Shown: one piece after another, positions 62,032-64,000 of the stretch
Layout of the letters: each line of letters opens with the position of its first letter
Numbering within the stretch: the stretch's first letter is position 1
Assembly (NCBI GenBank): GCA_035695825.1
Contig: DASRRH010000009.1
Span: 87,044-151,043, forward strand
DNA from: Planctomycetota bacterium
Lineage (GTDB): Bacteria; Planctomycetota; UBA1135; JAKEFM01
Length of the DNA stretch: 64,000 bases
Reading direction: 5' to 3'
Program-made: the position numbers and the translations under genes
The notes under the pieces: model-generated
Told to the model about the DNA's origin: nothing
Seen by the model: only the letters and a program-made list of their open reading frames with translations
Database searches by the model: none

Positions 62032-63920
62032 GCGAGCCCCGTCTCTCCCCGGAGGAGATCCGCGCGGAGCTGCGCTCCCTCGGATACCTCGCGAGCCCCC
62101 TCGCCCGTTTCGTCGCGGGGGGGCGCCCCCGCTCCCTCCTCGCCACGAGTCTCCTCGTCGGAGCCCGCGTCGGAGCCTTCCTCGGTCTCCTCCTCGGGGG
62201 GCTCCTGCTCGGCGGCTACCTTCTCCTCGACCGGTTCCTGCTCCTTCGCCCCGCGGACGCGGCGCTCCTCGCCTTCTACCTCCTCCCGCTCGGCCTCCTC
62301 TCGGGCGGAGCCGCGGGCCTCCTCCTCGGGGCGCTCGTCTCGGCCCTCTTCTCCCTCCTCGGGCGGACGCCGACCCGGATCGACCTCGTCGCGACGAAGA
62401 CGGCCTCCCTCGCAGGGGTCCTCCTCGCCCTCTACCTCGGCCTCGGCTGGGTTCGCCTCCGGGGCCGGCTCCCGGAGCCGACGGTCCTCTCCGACCTCCT
62501 CGCCGCGTCCGCCGCCGTCGTCGGGGGCGCCCTCGCGGCAGGGGCGGTCCGGCCCGCGACCCTCCTCGTCCTCGCGAGCGTCGGCCGCGCCCCGCCGCTC
62601 ACGCGCGCGGAACGGACCCGCGGGAAGCTCGGTCTCGCCGCCGTCTTCTCGGCCGGGGCGCTCCTCTTCCTCCTCGCGGTCCGCCTCGGCGAGGGTCGGT
62701 CTCCGGCGGGCCCGGGTCTCCCCGACTTCGCCGTCCGCGAGACGGGGGCGAGCGCGCTTCTCCTCGCGGCGGATGGCCTCGACGCCGCGCTCCTCGAGCG
62801 CCTCGTCGGGGAGGGGACGCTCCCCCGACTCGCCGCGCTCCGCGACCGCTCCGCGCGTTTCGACCTCGACGCCTCCTCGTATCGAGTGCCGGCGGTCTTC
62901 TGGACGAGCGTCGCCACGGGCCTGCCGGTCGAGGGACACGGCGTCGACTCCGCCGGGACGGTCCGCCCGCGCGGCTTCGCGGGCCACCTCCTCGTCGACC
63001 GCGCCGCGGTCGGCTTCTACGAGGTCCTCCACGTCGTCCTCCCTACGCTGCGGCTCGCGCGGGAGGCGCCGATCACGGCCTCGCTGCTGCGCGCGCGGAC
63101 GGCCTTCGACGTCGTCTCCTCGAAGGGGCTCGCGATCGGCCTCGTGAACTACTGGCTCACGCACCCGGTCGCCGCGCGCCCGGGCTTCGCCCTCTCCGAG
63201 AGGGCCTACTGGAAGGCGCGGTTCAACGCCGCGGCCCTCGCCCGCGGGAGGCGGACCCTCCCGGTCGAGGGGGAGGGGCACCCGCCGGAGCTCTTCGCCG
63301 AGTTCGCGGCTCTCGCGCAGTTCCCCTCCGAGGGGGCGGACCCCTCCGCGCGCGCGGAGGCGCTCGACGCCACGGTCGAGCGCTCGCTCCTCGCGTTCGC
63401 GCCGAGGTACTCCCCGAGGCTCGCGGCCGCTGGCTTCTGGGGGCTCGACACGCTCCTCCACGCGATCCTCCCCGCGGAGCCGGGCCCGGGCGCCGATCTC
63501 GACGTCGCCCGCAGGCTGACGGCGGCGTACGCCTCTCTCGACGCGCGCGTGGGCCGGATCCTCGAGGCCCTCCCCGGCGCCACCCTCTTCTTCCTCTCCT
63601 TCCCCGGCTCGGCGGCGCGGCCCGGCGCGACGCGCCGCTACGACGGGGAGCGATCCCTCCTCTGGATTGCGGGCCCCCGCGTCCGGGCGGGGGAGAGGGG
63701 GACTGCGGACGCGCTCGACCTCGCGCCGACGCTCCTCGCCCTCCTCGGCTTCCCCGCGAGCGAGGAGATGCCGGGGAGAGCACTGGTCCAAGCGTTCGAT
63801 CCGGGAGCGATTGTTGAGGCGCCCCGCGTCGCCACCTTCGGCCGCCGCCCGCGCGGCGCGGGCCGCGAGGCGTTCGACGACGAGATGGTCTCGATCCTCC
63901 GCGCGCTCGGCTACCTCTAG
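62028..63920 (+). CDS. Polytopic membrane N-terminus fused to an alkaline-phosphatase-superfamily (COG3379-like) domain
   Basis: GTG 62028 overlaps the upstream stop (GTGA). About 6 hydrophobic segments are followed by ALLLAADGLDAALLERLVGEGTLPRLAAL...PAVFWTSVATGLPVEGHGV, and the C-terminus has DLAPTLLALLGFP. Confidence 0.7.
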   Translation: MSEPRLSPEEIRAELRSLGYLASPLARFVAGGRPRSLLATSLLVGARVGAFLGLLLGGLLLGGYLLLDRFLLLRPADAALLAFYLLPLGLLSGGAAGLLLGALVSALFSLLGRTPTRIDLVATKTASLAGVLLALYLGLGWVRLRGRLPEPTVLSDLLAASAAVVGGALAAGAVRPATLLVLASVGRAPPLTRAERTRGKLGLAAVFSAGALLFLLAVRLGEGRSPAGPGLPDFAVRETGASALLLAADGLDAALLERLVGEGTLPRLAALRDRSARFDLDASSYRVPAVFWTSVATGLPVEGHGVDSAGTVRPRGFAGHLLVDRAAVGFYEVLHVVLPTLRLAREAPITASLLRARTAFDVVSSKGLAIGLVNYWLTHPVAARPGFALSERAYWKARFNAAALARGRRTLPVEGEGHPPELFAEFAALAQFPSEGADPSARAEALDATVERSLLAFAPRYSPRLAAAGFWGLDTLLHAILPAEPGPGADLDVARRLTAAYASLDARVGRILEALPGATLFFLSFPGSAARPGATRRYDGERSLLWIAGPRVRAGERGTADALDLAPTLLALLGFPASEEMPGRALVQAFDPGAIVEAPRVATFGRRPRGAGREAFDDEMVSILRALGYL

Positions 63921-63929
63921 GAAACATCT

Positions 63930-63949
63930 GCGACCCGAGGTAGGGTCGC
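63930..63949 (+). terminator. Hairpin 10 nt after the last gene (7-bp perfect stem)
   Basis: GCGACCC (63930-63936) pairs with GGGTCGC (63943-63949) across a 6-nt loop. There is no U-tract. Confidence 0.35.
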
Positions 63950-64000
63950 CCCACTCGGGCGGTCCATCCGGAGGCGGCGCGTGAGGAATCGGCCCGGTCA

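Overview
Very GC-rich bacterial window (roughly 70% or more by eye). It is densely coding, and I found no rRNA, intact tRNA, CRISPR array, transposase or integrase. High GC fills the six-frame track with long spurious R/P/G/A-rich ORFs. I kept about 46 CDS that have recognisable protein motifs and sensible starts, many confirmed by 4-nt start/stop overlaps (ATGA, GTGA, TTGA). The gene content suggests a periplasm-oriented, glycan/oxidoreductase-rich accessory region:
- a PSD1/DUF1501 pair;
- six Gfo/Idh/MocA paralogs, four with twin-arginine leaders;
- six DUF1080 domains and a ThuA fusion;
- a GldA/F/G-like ABC system with a doubled GldG plus DUF4340;
- three large surface proteins: CarboxypepD_reg repeats, a DUF11-type adhesin with exact 309-bp tandem repeats, and a 14-blade FG-GAP protein;
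- a beta-propeller phytase, two beta-lactamase-fold hydrolases, Lgt, a CopA-type ATPase, and a DUF222-HNH gene.

The best candidate for an undescribed system is the tightly coupled minus-strand operon at 28861-35154. It encodes a Tat-Gfo oxidoreductase, a signal-less ApbE flavin transferase, a Tat-Gfo-like protein with EAP replacing EKP, a 4-TM CxxCH protein, and a membrane-embedded spermidine-synthase-like protein. Other notable items:
- a THUMP-less Pus10-like pseudouridine synthase translationally coupled to copA;
- an AlkP-superfamily / polyprenyl synthase / AlkP-superfamily operon;
- an 18-bp perfect palindrome present in three copies;
- a small NTase two-gene cassette;
- a His/Cys lipoprotein with a duplicated motif;
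- -10-like elements that imply leaderless mRNAs.

All functions come from motif recognition by eye. Start codons and domain boundaries are approximate.
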